Part shown: one piece after another, positions 31,781-41,449 of the stretch
Layout of the letters: each line of letters opens with the position of its first letter
How positions within the stretch are numbered: position 1 is the first letter of the stretch
Assembly (NCBI GenBank): GCA_041648575.1
Contig: JBAZOT010000003.1
Location: forward strand, 14,895-78,894
Length of the DNA: 64,000 nucleotides
From: Patescibacteria group bacterium
Lineage (GTDB): Bacteria; Patescibacteriota; Patescibacteriia; Veblenbacterales; UBA10138
Reading direction: 5' to 3'
Translations under genes and position numbers: made by a program
The notes under the pieces: generated by a model
The model's database searches: none
What the model was told of the DNA's origin: nothing
What the model saw: only the letters and a program-made list of their open reading frames with translations

Positions 31781-31814
31781 AAAAGAAAGGGTCTGGAAAT
31801 ACAATCCCAGACCC
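31781..31814 (-). terminator. Rho-independent terminator of the secreted Cys-rich protein gene
   Basis: On the minus strand: GGGTCTGG-gattgtatt-TCCAGACCC followed by TTTCTTTTTT. Confidence 0.65.
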
Positions 31815-31843
31815 CATGAAACTACTATCTAATGGCCTTAGTG

Positions 31844-32566
31844 CTAAAACGATTGAAATGATCGGACAATCTTATCCACCCAGCTAGCCCTACGCATTAA
31901 CTCGTTAGCTATCTGCGGTGCTTGACCCTCCATTACCTTCGCCTCCTCAATCAGTATATTCCTCATCTCAACATTGGTGAGACCAGAAACATCATACCAA
32001 GCCAACGCGGTATCCAGATAAGAAATATTACCTGGTTCCATGTATCGTTCTCCAGTAACAACACTACGCATACCGTCGCTATAGAAACTGAGATACAAAT
32101 TACCAACCATCACCGCCGAGCGCGAAGCTGATACCGTATCACCGCACTTGATGTATAAGTGATAAGCATACTCTGGAAAACTCTTTCTCCCATAACCATC
32201 ATCACAATGTGGTATCCCATAGTATGTTAAGTCTGCTAGGAGTAAGCCCCACCCCTGACGTCTCTTGAACCAGTATGGATCATCACAGGAACTATCACAT
32301 ATCTGATAAATCCTTCTCACTGTGTTTACAAACTCCCAACCACAATAAAATGGGTCATCGGTCCCTGAATAACCCCCTACATCAGTCCATGAATAATTAT
32401 CTGGGTTATATCTCATACCCTCCACAATCTTATACTCGACCAGATTCTTGACCAAAGTGCGATAAGACTGTTCAGGGGACTCTTGCTTTTCCTTGGCAGG
32501 TAAAGTGTTATTTATGACTAAACCAGCCACAGCCAAAAAGATAATGATTGTAAAGTACTTTTTCAT
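31844..32566 (-). CDS. Secreted cysteine-rich hypothetical protein (signal peptide)
   Basis: N-terminal MKKYFTIIIFLAVAGLV signal peptide. 8 Cys residues. No family recognised. Flanked by the two 38-bp palindromes. Confidence 0.6.
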   Translation of the reverse strand: MKKYFTIIIFLAVAGLVINNTLPAKEKQESPEQSYRTLVKNLVEYKIVEGMRYNPDNYSWTDVGGYSGTDDPFYCGWEFVNTVRRIYQICDSSCDDPYWFKRRQGWGLLLADLTYYGIPHCDDGYGRKSFPEYAYHLYIKCGDTVSASRSAVMVGNLYLSFYSDGMRSVVTGERYMEPGNISYLDTALAWYDVSGLTNVEMRNILIEEAKVMEGQAPQIANELMRRASWVDKIVRSFQSF

Positions 32567-32651
32567 ATAACACCTGTTTATTTTTGTTTAATAAATTCCC
32601 CATTATTTGGGACTTTTTTAAAGATCTTTACTGTTTTTACAATAACAATAC

Positions 32652-32680
32652 ATAATACGGCAAACTACTTTATTTGTCAA
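32652..32680 (-). promoter_or_regulatory. Sigma70-like promoter for the secreted Cys-rich protein gene
   Basis: On the minus strand: TTGACA-N17-TATTAT, about 80 nt upstream of the ATG. AGGTG SD before the start. Confidence 0.5.
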
Positions 32681-32711
32681 TATCCATACTAAACTAGATT
32701 AAATCACCAAC

Positions 32712-32749
32712 TAGTCATTTACCCTTTCGCGCGAAAGGGTAAATGACTA
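32712..32749. repeat. 38-bp perfect palindrome (tagtcatttaccctttcgc|gcgaaagggtaaatgacta)
   Basis: Exact symmetry. Lies ~35 bp upstream of the -35 of the promoter above and downstream of arsR. Its inner half-site is reused in the imperfect site upstream of arsR. Confidence 0.7.
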
Positions 32750-32777
32750 AAGAAATAATTTATGCATAAACAGTTAA

Positions 32778-33056
32778 TTAGCTAGTCTGACGGACTTGCT
32801 TAAGAAGCTGCTGCAACAAACTACTTAACCCCTCATCTAAACTATATAGACCTACGTATCCAAATTGCCTGCGTTCTAAAAACCCCACTTGCCGCAATAG
32901 CACTAAGTGTTTAGAGGTGGACTTAAATGATAGATGAATCGCCGTCGCAACGTCACCTACTGTCCGCTCTTTACCATCGGACAACAACCTTAGTATCTCC
33001 AGCCGCTTTCTCGCACCCAGCGCCCGGTAAACCTTTTCTAACTCTCGTAGACGCAT
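32778..33056 (-). CDS. ArsR/SmtB-family HTH transcriptional regulator
   Basis: 92-aa protein. RLEILRLLSDGKERTVGDVATAIHLSFKSTSKHLVLLRQVGF is a winged-helix ArsR signature. Confidence 0.75.
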   Translation of the reverse strand: MRLRELEKVYRALGARKRLEILRLLSDGKERTVGDVATAIHLSFKSTSKHLVLLRQVGFLERRQFGYVGLYSLDEGLSSLLQQLLKQVRQTS

Positions 33057-33072
33057 GTTGGTAGTATATCAT

Positions 33073-33100
33073 ATTTACTGATTCGCGCGAAAGGGTAAAT
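33073..33100. promoter_or_regulatory. Imperfect palindrome (atttactgattcgcgcgaaagggtaaat) in the arsR promoter region; candidate autoregulatory operator
   Basis: Shares the half-site CGCGCGAAAGGGTAAAT with the perfect palindrome at 32712..32749. Sits 17 to 44 bp upstream of the arsR ATG and is nested in TGTTGGT...ACCAACA. Confidence 0.45.
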
Positions 33101-33120
33101 AATCATATAAACCAACACAT

Positions 33121-33960
33121 TTACAAACTAAATAAATTTCTCGCATTTTGAGTTGTAACCCTAGCCAGCTCGTCTAAACTTATATTTTTCAATTCAGCTA
33201 TTTTCTTTGCCACCTCCACTATATACGCCGGCTCGTTGCGGGTGCCCCGATAAGCTTGGGGGGCCAGATACGGCGCGTCTGTTTCTACCATTATCCTATC
33301 AATTGGAGTTTCTTTTACTACTTTTAACAATCCCGGACTGGCATTTTTAAAAGTAATAATTCCGGTAAACGATAATAAAAATCCTAAATCTAAAAATTGT
33401 TTAGCTTGCTCTTGGGTACCTAAAAAACAATGAGCCACGCCCTTTTTTGATAATCTACCTTTGTCTAATTCTTGTTTTAAAATCATCAACAAATCATCAT
33501 AAGCTTCACGGCAATGAATAATAACAGGTAAATTAAGTTCGTCGGCTAAAGTAATATGCTGCCTAAACAATTCTTGTTGCTTTGTTTTAACTTCTGTCTT
33601 ATCAACGCCATCTGGAAAACGATAATAATCCAATCCACACTCCCCTATGGCTACCACTTTACTACCAGAACCACGTGCTAAAGCAGAATATCTTGATGGA
33701 TTAAAAACCTCGGCCCGAGTTTTAAAATAAATTTCTTCCTCATCCACTTCTTGCTCAAATAAATGAATGGGATGAAGCCCAATCGCGGCATATAAATTAT
33801 CATGTTCCTGTGCTAATTTTACTGCCCGCTCCGATGTGTCCCATTGACTGCCAAGATTAATAATACAAGTCACACCAGCACGATGAGCTCGTTTAATTAC
33901 CTCATCAGTATCATTCTTAAACGCATTAAAATTCAAATGGCAGTGAGTATCAATCAACAT
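33121..33960 (-). CDS. tatD: TatD-family metal-dependent hydrolase/DNase
   Basis: LIDTHCHL N-terminus and the conserved His/Glu/Asp ligand pattern. Confidence 0.9.
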   Translation of the reverse strand: MLIDTHCHLNFNAFKNDTDEVIKRAHRAGVTCIINLGSQWDTSERAVKLAQEHDNLYAAIGLHPIHLFEQEVDEEEIYFKTRAEVFNPSRYSALARGSGSKVVAIGECGLDYYRFPDGVDKTEVKTKQQELFRQHITLADELNLPVIIHCREAYDDLLMILKQELDKGRLSKKGVAHCFLGTQEQAKQFLDLGFLLSFTGIITFKNASPGLLKVVKETPIDRIMVETDAPYLAPQAYRGTRNEPAYIVEVAKKIAELKNISLDELARVTTQNARNLFSL

Positions 33961-33963
33961 TTA

Positions 33964-34497
33964 TTAAATAGACAAATTAACATTAGGAATGTATGGTTGT
34001 ATTTTTTCGAGAACTTCCGGTAATAATGGGATTAAAACTCCGGCAAACATAATTAAATCTTGGGCAATATCAGAATTAGCTATAGCTTGAGTAATTGATA
34101 ATGGCAAGTCAACTGATCCGGAAAAATATAAAACTAAGCCCAAGGTTAAACCACCCTCTACCAACCCCAGCACCGCACCACCTAAATGATTAATAGTTTT
34201 TAAAAATGGAATAAAGCTGACAAAACGAAAAGTACGATCCAAAATATAAAAACCAAAACCAACCAAGCGATTAATCACTATAAATAATATAAGAAAAATT
34301 ATAATTTTAATCCATCCTGAATCATAACCAATCCAATTGACAACTAAATCAAAAATTGGCAGATAAAGTCGTCCAGCAATAAACGCACCAGCAATTGTCC
34401 CCACTAAAGCTCCGAGTGTATGAATAAAACCAAACCAAAATCCAAACCAAACAAAACCAAACAAAATAAGAAGTAAAAATGCATCAAAAATTCCCAT
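33964..34497 (-). CDS. CvpA-family membrane protein
   Basis: N-terminal pattern MGIFDAFLLLILFGFVWFGFWFGFIHTLGALVGTIAGAFIAGRLY typical of CvpA. 4 TM helices. Confidence 0.55.
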   Translation of the reverse strand: MGIFDAFLLLILFGFVWFGFWFGFIHTLGALVGTIAGAFIAGRLYLPIFDLVVNWIGYDSGWIKIIIFLILFIVINRLVGFGFYILDRTFRFVSFIPFLKTINHLGGAVLGLVEGGLTLGLVLYFSGSVDLPLSITQAIANSDIAQDLIMFAGVLIPLLPEVLEKIQPYIPNVNLSI

Positions 34498-34508
34498 AAA
34501 TGTTATTA

Positions 34509-35915
34509 TTAGTTAGTTAATCGCGGAAATAATGGCTCCGCTTTAGTAATTTTATCAGCAAATAGCGCCCGTTGAATAGTCTTGGCAGTTTCGGGCATAA
34601 AGGGTAATAACAATTCGGCTACCAATTGTAATTTTGCAACACTTTCTCCTAAAAATATTTTAACTTCATCAATTTTACCCGCTTTAAAAAGTAGCCATGG
34701 CTTGTGGTTGTCAATTGATTGATCAATTTCCCTACTTAAACCAAAAATATAATTAAGCGCCCCATTAAAATTTAGTGAATTAATATAATCATCTATACTA
34801 CCCCTAACCGGTGAAGATTTTTTTATACCATACTGTTCCACCATATTAGTAACTCGAGAAAAAGTATTGCCCAGACCATTAGCCAAATTGCTATCGTAAC
34901 GCTCTCGAAAACGAGCTAAAGAAATATCGCTATCATTTGCAAAAGATAATTGCGATAAAATAAGATACCTAGTGGCATCAAGGCCAAATTGCTTAATCAA
35001 ATCAGCAGGATCAATAACATTGCCTAAAGATTTGGACATCTTCTGGCCATCAACAGTAAAAAAACCATGTGCGGCCACTACTTTGGGTAAATCTAATCCA
35101 GCTGCCAATAAAAAAGCTTCCCAAATAACTGCATGAAACCATAAAATATCTTTTCCTAATAAATGAACCTGAGCAGGCCAAAAACCTTTTGCTTTCTGGA
35201 TAAATTGAGTTGCCGAATAATAATTAACTAGAGCATCTATCCATACATAAACCGTTTGTGTTTTGTCCCAGGGTATTGGTACACCCCAACTTACTTCGGA
35301 TCGTGAAATTGAAACATCATCTAATCCTTTTTTTAATTTTCCTACTATTTCATTTTTTCGTTCTTCAGGAACAATCTGGTATTTACCTTGGTTTATGGCA
35401 TTAAGTAACTCTTCTCTAAAAGCCGATAGTTTGAAAAAATAATTTTTTTCCTTTTGCTTAACTGGTTTATCTTTGGGATGTAATGGACATACATTGTTAA
35501 TCAAATCATCAATCTGTAAAAATTTCTCACAACCGATACAATAAAGCCCTTCATATTCCCCATCATAAATAAATCCGCGATCATAAATTTTCTGCAATAA
35601 TTCCTGCACTATTTGTTGGTGTTCCGGTTGAGAGGTACGAATAAAATCATCATGAGACAACCCGAGGATTTTCCAAGCCTGTTTAAAAGTTTGGGAAATT
35701 TTATCTGTAAATTCTTCAGGTGTTAAACCAGCAGCCTCGGCCGCCTGTTGAACCTTGGCGCCATGCTCATCAGTTCCAGTTAAAAAAAATACTTCATCCC
35801 CCCTATCTCGATGCCAACGCGCTAAAACGTCAGCACATAAAGTGGTATAAGCATGCCCCAGGTGTGGTTTATCATTCACATAATAAATAGGAGTGGTGAT
35901 ATAATATTTACTCAT
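34509..35915 (-). CDS. metG: Methionine--tRNA ligase
   Basis: HLGHAYTT (HIGH) and KMSKS motifs. The ORF track starts at a TTG at 35948; the ATG at 35915 (MSKYYITTPIYY) leaves a 4-nt gap to rsmI. Confidence 0.95.
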   Translation of the reverse strand: MSKYYITTPIYYVNDKPHLGHAYTTLCADVLARWHRDRGDEVFFLTGTDEHGAKVQQAAEAAGLTPEEFTDKISQTFKQAWKILGLSHDDFIRTSQPEHQQIVQELLQKIYDRGFIYDGEYEGLYCIGCEKFLQIDDLINNVCPLHPKDKPVKQKEKNYFFKLSAFREELLNAINQGKYQIVPEERKNEIVGKLKKGLDDVSISRSEVSWGVPIPWDKTQTVYVWIDALVNYYSATQFIQKAKGFWPAQVHLLGKDILWFHAVIWEAFLLAAGLDLPKVVAAHGFFTVDGQKMSKSLGNVIDPADLIKQFGLDATRYLILSQLSFANDSDISLARFRERYDSNLANGLGNTFSRVTNMVEQYGIKKSSPVRGSIDDYINSLNFNGALNYIFGLSREIDQSIDNHKPWLLFKAGKIDEVKIFLGESVAKLQLVAELLLPFMPETAKTIQRALFADKITKAEPLFPRLTN

Positions 35916-35919
35916 ATTT

Positions 35920-36594
35920 TTATTTACCTTCTGTATTAACAATAACAACGAATTCGCCCTTGGTCGAGCTGGCCTGCAGTTGTTTTAAAATTTCCGTCGC
36001 AGTTCCACGATAAATAGTCTCAAATTTTTTTGTTAATTCCCGCGCCACAATTAAGCTTCGGGCGGGTATAATTTCGGATAATACTTCAAGCGTTTTAACT
36101 ATCCGATAAGTTGATTCATAAAAAATAACTGGCGAAGAACTAGCAGCTACTCGTTTAAAAAAAGTTTGCCGGCCTTTTTTGTGAGGCGGCCAACCAAAAA
36201 AATAAAATTCCTGTAAATTTATACCAGCAATGGAAATGGCACAAGTTAAAGCCGATACCCCAGGTATAGGCACAATAGTAATTCCCTGTTTAACCGCTTG
36301 TTCAACCAATTTACCACCCGGATCAGCCAACCCTGGCGTACCAGCATCTGTAACATAAGCGAATACGCTGCCCTTTATTAATTTATTAACAAATACATCT
36401 AACTCCGCTTGTTTTGAGTGTTGATGTAAACTAAATAACTGTTTATGAATATCAAAACGCTCGAGTAATTTACTGGTTACTCTTTTATCTTCACAAATTA
36501 TTGCATCAACCTGTTTTAAAACATCCCTAGCCCTAAAAGTCAGGTCAGCTAAATTACCAATAGGTGTTGCTACGACATACAAAACTCCAGCCAT
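35920..36594 (-). CDS. rsmI: 16S rRNA (cytidine1402-2'-O)-methyltransferase RsmI
   Basis: YVVATPIGNLADLTFRA...ICEDKR, of the tetrapyrrole-methylase fold. Confidence 0.85.
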   Translation of the reverse strand: MAGVLYVVATPIGNLADLTFRARDVLKQVDAIICEDKRVTSKLLERFDIHKQLFSLHQHSKQAELDVFVNKLIKGSVFAYVTDAGTPGLADPGGKLVEQAVKQGITIVPIPGVSALTCAISIAGINLQEFYFFGWPPHKKGRQTFFKRVAASSSPVIFYESTYRIVKTLEVLSEIIPARSLIVARELTKKFETIYRGTATEILKQLQASSTKGEFVVIVNTEGK

Positions 36595-36603
36595 GATATT
36601 AAC

Positions 36604-37686
36604 TTAAGGTATTTTATCAGAAGTTGTCTCCTCGGTTTCCAATTTTTGATCACTAGTTTGCCAACCTTCAAAAAAATCAGAAACAAATACCGCAATAGCA
36701 GTGGCTAAAGGAATAGACAAAATCGCGCCCATAATTCCACCTAATTTTACGCCAACCAATATCACTACTATTGATATTATTGGGTTTAAACCAACCGCTT
36801 TCCTCATAATAGTCGGCACAATAATATTGTTCTCTAATTGCTGCACTACTACATAAAGAACAACAATTAATAAACCTTGAATTGGTGAAATAGTAAAAGC
36901 AAGAAAAACAGCTGGTATGGCTCCAATTATTGGACCGACAAAGGGAATAATTTCTGTTAAACCAGCCCACAACGCCAACACTAAGGCATATTCCATACCA
37001 AATAATTTTAGACCAATATAAGTCAACGCTCCAATAATTAACATTAATAACAATTGCGCCCGAAACCACAAACCCAGCTTGATATTTATCCTGCTCATCA
37101 ACTGCATAATGTATGGCTGATACTTAGCTGGTGTAATGGACCGTAAAAATCGTTTAAGACCGTTTTCTTGCACAATCAAATAAAAACTAATTACTAAAAT
37201 TACCACCAACTGAATCAATCCGCCAAAAATAGAAGTGACAGTAGAAAAAATTGAGTTAGCAGTACTGGCCAGTGTTGCGCCGATATTTTCTAAAAATGAT
37301 CTGATGGTTGCGGCCGACTCTATATCACTAGAATGTTGTATGGCTGATAGTCCACTAACTGCTTTAATATAATAATTGGGCAAAGCAGAAGCCAACTGCT
37401 GTATTTGCTGAACCAGTGGCGGTATTAATAAAAAAACTACCAATGAAATTATTAAAAAAATTGCCAAATAAATAGCAATCAATGATACGGCACGAGGTAT
37501 TCGATGTCGTTGTAATGAATCTACCCAAGGCCCCAAGGCAGCCGCTACCACAACTGATACAAATAACAGCCCTAAAATATCCAGGATCATATATAACAAA
37601 TAGATTAACAGAATAACTAAGGCCACTTTTACTATGGAGCCAATAGAAATGGTTAATGATGAAGTGTTAGATAATGGTCTTTGCAT
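36604..37686 (-). CDS. AI-2E family transporter (UPF0118/PerM-like)
   Basis: 8 TM helices and the characteristic GLKLFGMEYALVLALWAGLTEIIPFVGPIIGAIPAV core. Confidence 0.75.
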   Translation of the reverse strand: MQRPLSNTSSLTISIGSIVKVALVILLIYLLYMILDILGLLFVSVVVAAALGPWVDSLQRHRIPRAVSLIAIYLAIFLIISLVVFLLIPPLVQQIQQLASALPNYYIKAVSGLSAIQHSSDIESAATIRSFLENIGATLASTANSIFSTVTSIFGGLIQLVVILVISFYLIVQENGLKRFLRSITPAKYQPYIMQLMSRINIKLGLWFRAQLLLMLIIGALTYIGLKLFGMEYALVLALWAGLTEIIPFVGPIIGAIPAVFLAFTISPIQGLLIVVLYVVVQQLENNIIVPTIMRKAVGLNPIISIVVILVGVKLGGIMGAILSIPLATAIAVFVSDFFEGWQTSDQKLETEETTSDKIP

Positions 37687-37701
37687 AAGTGTTTAATTAA
37701 A

Positions 37702-38970
37702 TTATTTTAACCAAGAAACAAATTTTTTAGCCTCTTTAAAAGGCCCAATCATAGCTAAAGTATAACATTTGGGATCAATAATTGCACGCGCCACCCGCTG
37801 TAAATCTAATGCAGTGATTTTTTGAATCCTATTGATTAATTCAGCTGGCAGCTCTAATTTATGCTCCAGTAGTATTTGTCTACCTATCAATTCAGCCACA
37901 CTAGCCGAATCTTCCAATGAGAGTAATAATTTTCCTTTAACAAAATCCTTGGCCTTGGTTATTTCTGTTAATGGAATTTTTTCTATTCGCAGTCGCTCTA
38001 ATTCTTGACGGATTAAAGTTACAGCCCTGGATAACCTGTCTTTATCCAACCCAGCTTGAATAGCCAAAACACCAATACCTTCATAGGCAGATAATGATGC
38101 TCTTATAAAATAACACAAACCTTCTTGCTCTCTTAATCGAGAAAATAAACGCGAACTCATGTTGCCGCCTAGAATCACTGCTAATAATTCAGCAATTAAA
38201 ATGTCGGGGTGACGTAATGATAAAGCCGGTAATCCTAATGATAGCTGTATTTGTTTGGTATCTTTGTATTTTACAACTACCTTTGGCTGCCTAATCTTAA
38301 TAATTTGTTTGCCAAATTTTGGTTTTATACCAACACCAGTATTTTTTCCAAAATATTTATTTATCAACTGAAGTGCCTGTGAATTACTTTTTCCCGATAC
38401 AACTAGTAGCATATTTGAGGGGTGATAATATTTTTTCAAATAATCATGAACCGCTGGCTTGGTTAAAGACCGTACTGATTCTCGCGAACCGCTTATTAAT
38501 CGTCCCAAGGTTTGGCCTTTAAACATTTCGCCCTCAAGTAAATCTTCTACATACAATATTGGATTGTCTTCATACATATTTATTTCCTGAACAATAACTT
38601 CTTTTTCTCGCGCCATTTCTTGTTTATCTATCAATGGCTGCCAAACCAATTCCGATAACACTTTAAGTATAGTTTCAAAATGTTCAGCCGCTGCTTTAAT
38701 ATATAAACCTGTAACCTCTTTACCGGTATAAGCATTAAAATCTGCCCCTAAACCATCAATTAAATGAGTAAGCTCTTTTGAGGTTGGCCAGGTTTTAGTA
38801 CCTTTAAAAACCATGTGCTCTAAAAAATGTGAGACACCTGCTTGATTATTTTTTTCTAGACGCGATCCGGTATGTACCAAAACCAAAACCGTCACCGCTT
38901 CGGTTGAACCAAGATCAGCGATGACTACTGGCAGCTTATTTGCCAAACTATAACGTTTTTTTATTTTCAT
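37702..38970 (-). CDS. M16-family zinc peptidase (insulinase-like)
   Basis: HFLEHM inverted zinc-binding motif (HxxEH) plus an inactive C-terminal M16 domain. Confidence 0.8.
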   Translation of the reverse strand: MKIKKRYSLANKLPVVIADLGSTEAVTVLVLVHTGSRLEKNNQAGVSHFLEHMVFKGTKTWPTSKELTHLIDGLGADFNAYTGKEVTGLYIKAAAEHFETILKVLSELVWQPLIDKQEMAREKEVIVQEINMYEDNPILYVEDLLEGEMFKGQTLGRLISGSRESVRSLTKPAVHDYLKKYYHPSNMLLVVSGKSNSQALQLINKYFGKNTGVGIKPKFGKQIIKIRQPKVVVKYKDTKQIQLSLGLPALSLRHPDILIAELLAVILGGNMSSRLFSRLREQEGLCYFIRASLSAYEGIGVLAIQAGLDKDRLSRAVTLIRQELERLRIEKIPLTEITKAKDFVKGKLLLSLEDSASVAELIGRQILLEHKLELPAELINRIQKITALDLQRVARAIIDPKCYTLAMIGPFKEAKKFVSWLK

Positions 38971-40392
38971 TTAAATAAAAGAATATTTTTCATTAAAGTA
39001 GCCTAACAGGTCGCTAATTACCACCCGCTCCTGCTTCATGGTGTCGCGATCGCGTACCGTTACTTTATTGTCGGTTAAACTTTCAAAGTCAACCGTGACA
39101 CAATAAGGCGTACCAATTTCATCTTGCCGGCGATAACGACGCCCGATAGAGGATATTTCATCGTAATCAACCATAAAACTAGAGGATAAAACCTGCCAGA
39201 TTGATTGAGCAACTTTACTAAGTTCTGGTTTTTTGGAAAGTGGTAAAACTGCAGCCTTATAAGGCGCTAAGTCTTTATGAAGTTTAAGTACTACTTCGGT
39301 CTCTTTGGTAGATTCAGTAGTAGTAGTACGCCCGCCCTCAATTTCAGTATAAGCGTCAACTAAAAACGCTAAAGTTGCCCGATCAGCCCCACCCGAAGTT
39401 TCAATTACCCAAGGAGTATATTTCTCACCTGTTTCTGTATTATGATATTTTAATTCCTTGCCGGAAAATTTCTCATGTCGTGAAAGGTCCCAATCGCCCC
39501 GATTATGAACTCCTTCTAATTCCTTAAATTCCGCATCGCCAGCAAAAGGAAATCTATAATCAATATCTACAGCGCGTTTGGCATAATGAGCTAACTCATC
39601 CTTTTTGTGTTCTCGAATATTAAGGTGCTCTGATTTAATGCCATAAGCCTTATACCACTCTTGTCTTTGTTTTAACCAATACTCAAACCACTTATCAGCG
39701 TCTTTAGAATTTATAAACCACTGCATTTCCATTTGTTCAAACTCCCGCGTACGAAAGATAAAATTTCCTGGCGTGATTTCATTGCGAAAAGCCTTGCCAA
39801 TTTGAGCAATACCAAAAGGAATTTTCTGTCGCGTGGTATTAACCACGCTATCATAATCAACATAAATACCCTGAGCTGTTTCTGGCCGCAAATAAAGCTG
39901 CGCTGCATCTCCCTCCACTGGACCCATAAAAGTCTTGAACATTAAATTAAAATCGCGTTTACCAGTTAATTCTCCATTGCATTCAGGACATTTTAATTCA
40001 CTAACGTCGCGTGGTATTTCTTTATCCCATTTAGGATAAAGGCTACGGAAATCTTCTAATAAATGATCAGCGCGAAACCTTTTTTTACATGATTTACAAT
40101 CCACCAGTGGGTCGGTAAAACTTTGAATATGACCCGATGCCTCCCAAACCTTGGGGTGCATTAAAATTGCTGAATCTAACCCCACAATATCCTGATGTTG
40201 TTGCACCATCGTTTTCCACCAAGCTTTTTTAATATTGTTTTTCAGCTCCACCCCCAGCGGCCCGTAATCATAACAAGAATTAAGCCCGCCATAAATTTCT
40301 GATGAAGGAAAAATAAATCCCCGCCTTTTTGCGAGGCTGACAATTTTCTCCATTTTATCTTGAACTGAAGATGTTTTATTGACTTTAACCAT
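38971..40392 (-). CDS. glyQS: Glycine--tRNA ligase, dimeric (archaeal/eukaryotic-like alpha2) type
   Basis: Class II motifs and an anticodon-binding domain in a single 473-aa chain. Confidence 0.9.
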   Translation of the reverse strand: MVKVNKTSSVQDKMEKIVSLAKRRGFIFPSSEIYGGLNSCYDYGPLGVELKNNIKKAWWKTMVQQHQDIVGLDSAILMHPKVWEASGHIQSFTDPLVDCKSCKKRFRADHLLEDFRSLYPKWDKEIPRDVSELKCPECNGELTGKRDFNLMFKTFMGPVEGDAAQLYLRPETAQGIYVDYDSVVNTTRQKIPFGIAQIGKAFRNEITPGNFIFRTREFEQMEMQWFINSKDADKWFEYWLKQRQEWYKAYGIKSEHLNIREHKKDELAHYAKRAVDIDYRFPFAGDAEFKELEGVHNRGDWDLSRHEKFSGKELKYHNTETGEKYTPWVIETSGGADRATLAFLVDAYTEIEGGRTTTTESTKETEVVLKLHKDLAPYKAAVLPLSKKPELSKVAQSIWQVLSSSFMVDYDEISSIGRRYRRQDEIGTPYCVTVDFESLTDNKVTVRDRDTMKQERVVISDLLGYFNEKYSFI

Positions 40393-40476
40393 AGTGTCTT
40401 TACTTTAATAAATTTTATGGTTTTTGGCAAATAAAAAACTCTTTAACAATATATGACAATTGCCCATTATCTATTA

Positions 40477-41445
40477 TTACTCAATTAACTTCTTAAACTT
40501 TTCCACCATTGGCACTTGTTCTGCTTCTACTCCATAAGATTGTGCTAAATAATATGCTGTCCAGTCTGCTAACAATAACGAGGAAAATACCTTTTGTAAG
40601 TGTGAATCACCTTGTAATTTAATTATTTTAACAGGAAACTTTCTATCTTTATATAACTTTTCTAATACTTCCATTCTGGTTTGAATACGTTCATTATCAT
40701 CATCATCTAGTAAAAAAATAAAAAAATACTTTTTGGATAAAGCACGTGTAGAGCCAACCGCATCAAAACCCGTCATCTCATTATGATTCATTTCCGGCAA
40801 AATATTATAAAAAGCAGGAATTTTTCCTGTCTCATTTAATTTTATTTTCCAGCTATAAGCAATTATTTGATTACGAAATGAACTGTAAATAACTGGCACA
40901 TATTCATGGAGTGTTTGTGCCAATTCTTTTCCTACTGGTTCCAACGCTTCGGGATTAAGCAAACGCAACAATGAATTGGATTGTTTAATTAACTGATCTT
41001 CACCCATTGCTTTCAATATCGCTCGGTAATTAAAACCTAATGCCATGCGCGGTTGAATGCCGGTGTTGGGAATGATAATTCTAGGAACTTTGTATTCCTC
41101 AGCTAATTCATGCAACTTGCCATTAATAGATATTGCCAAACGCTGGTATTTTAATTGTCCAGCGCAATTAAAACCGTCCAACGGCTCTTCCGTATTTCCA
41201 GAGTAAGATACAAATATAGTTAGGGTTTTTGACTGTTTATTTTTAGGAATAAAAGGCAACCCGTAATCAGGATGGGTGACGAGTGGTAATTCGGGATTTA
41301 AGGACTTTACTAAATTAGCAGCCAACAGTGACCCCCCAATACCACAGGCCACAAAATTGTTAAAATTTTTGGTATTACAAACAGGATCTATTCGCGGATT
41401 AAACAAAAACTGTTTGGGAAAATTTAAAATAGCTTCGCGCATCAT
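40477..41445 (-). CDS. Bifunctional phosphoglucose/phosphomannose isomerase (SIS domain, archaeal-type PGI/PMI)
   Basis: GIGGS and SYSGNTEE SIS motifs. ~320 aa. Confidence 0.6.
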   Translation of the reverse strand: MMREAILNFPKQFLFNPRIDPVCNTKNFNNFVACGIGGSLLAANLVKSLNPELPLVTHPDYGLPFIPKNKQSKTLTIFVSYSGNTEEPLDGFNCAGQLKYQRLAISINGKLHELAEEYKVPRIIIPNTGIQPRMALGFNYRAILKAMGEDQLIKQSNSLLRLLNPEALEPVGKELAQTLHEYVPVIYSSFRNQIIAYSWKIKLNETGKIPAFYNILPEMNHNEMTGFDAVGSTRALSKKYFFIFLLDDDDNERIQTRMEVLEKLYKDRKFPVKIIKLQGDSHLQKVFSSLLLADWTAYYLAQSYGVEAEQVPMVEKFKKLIE

Positions 41446-41449
41446 AAAT

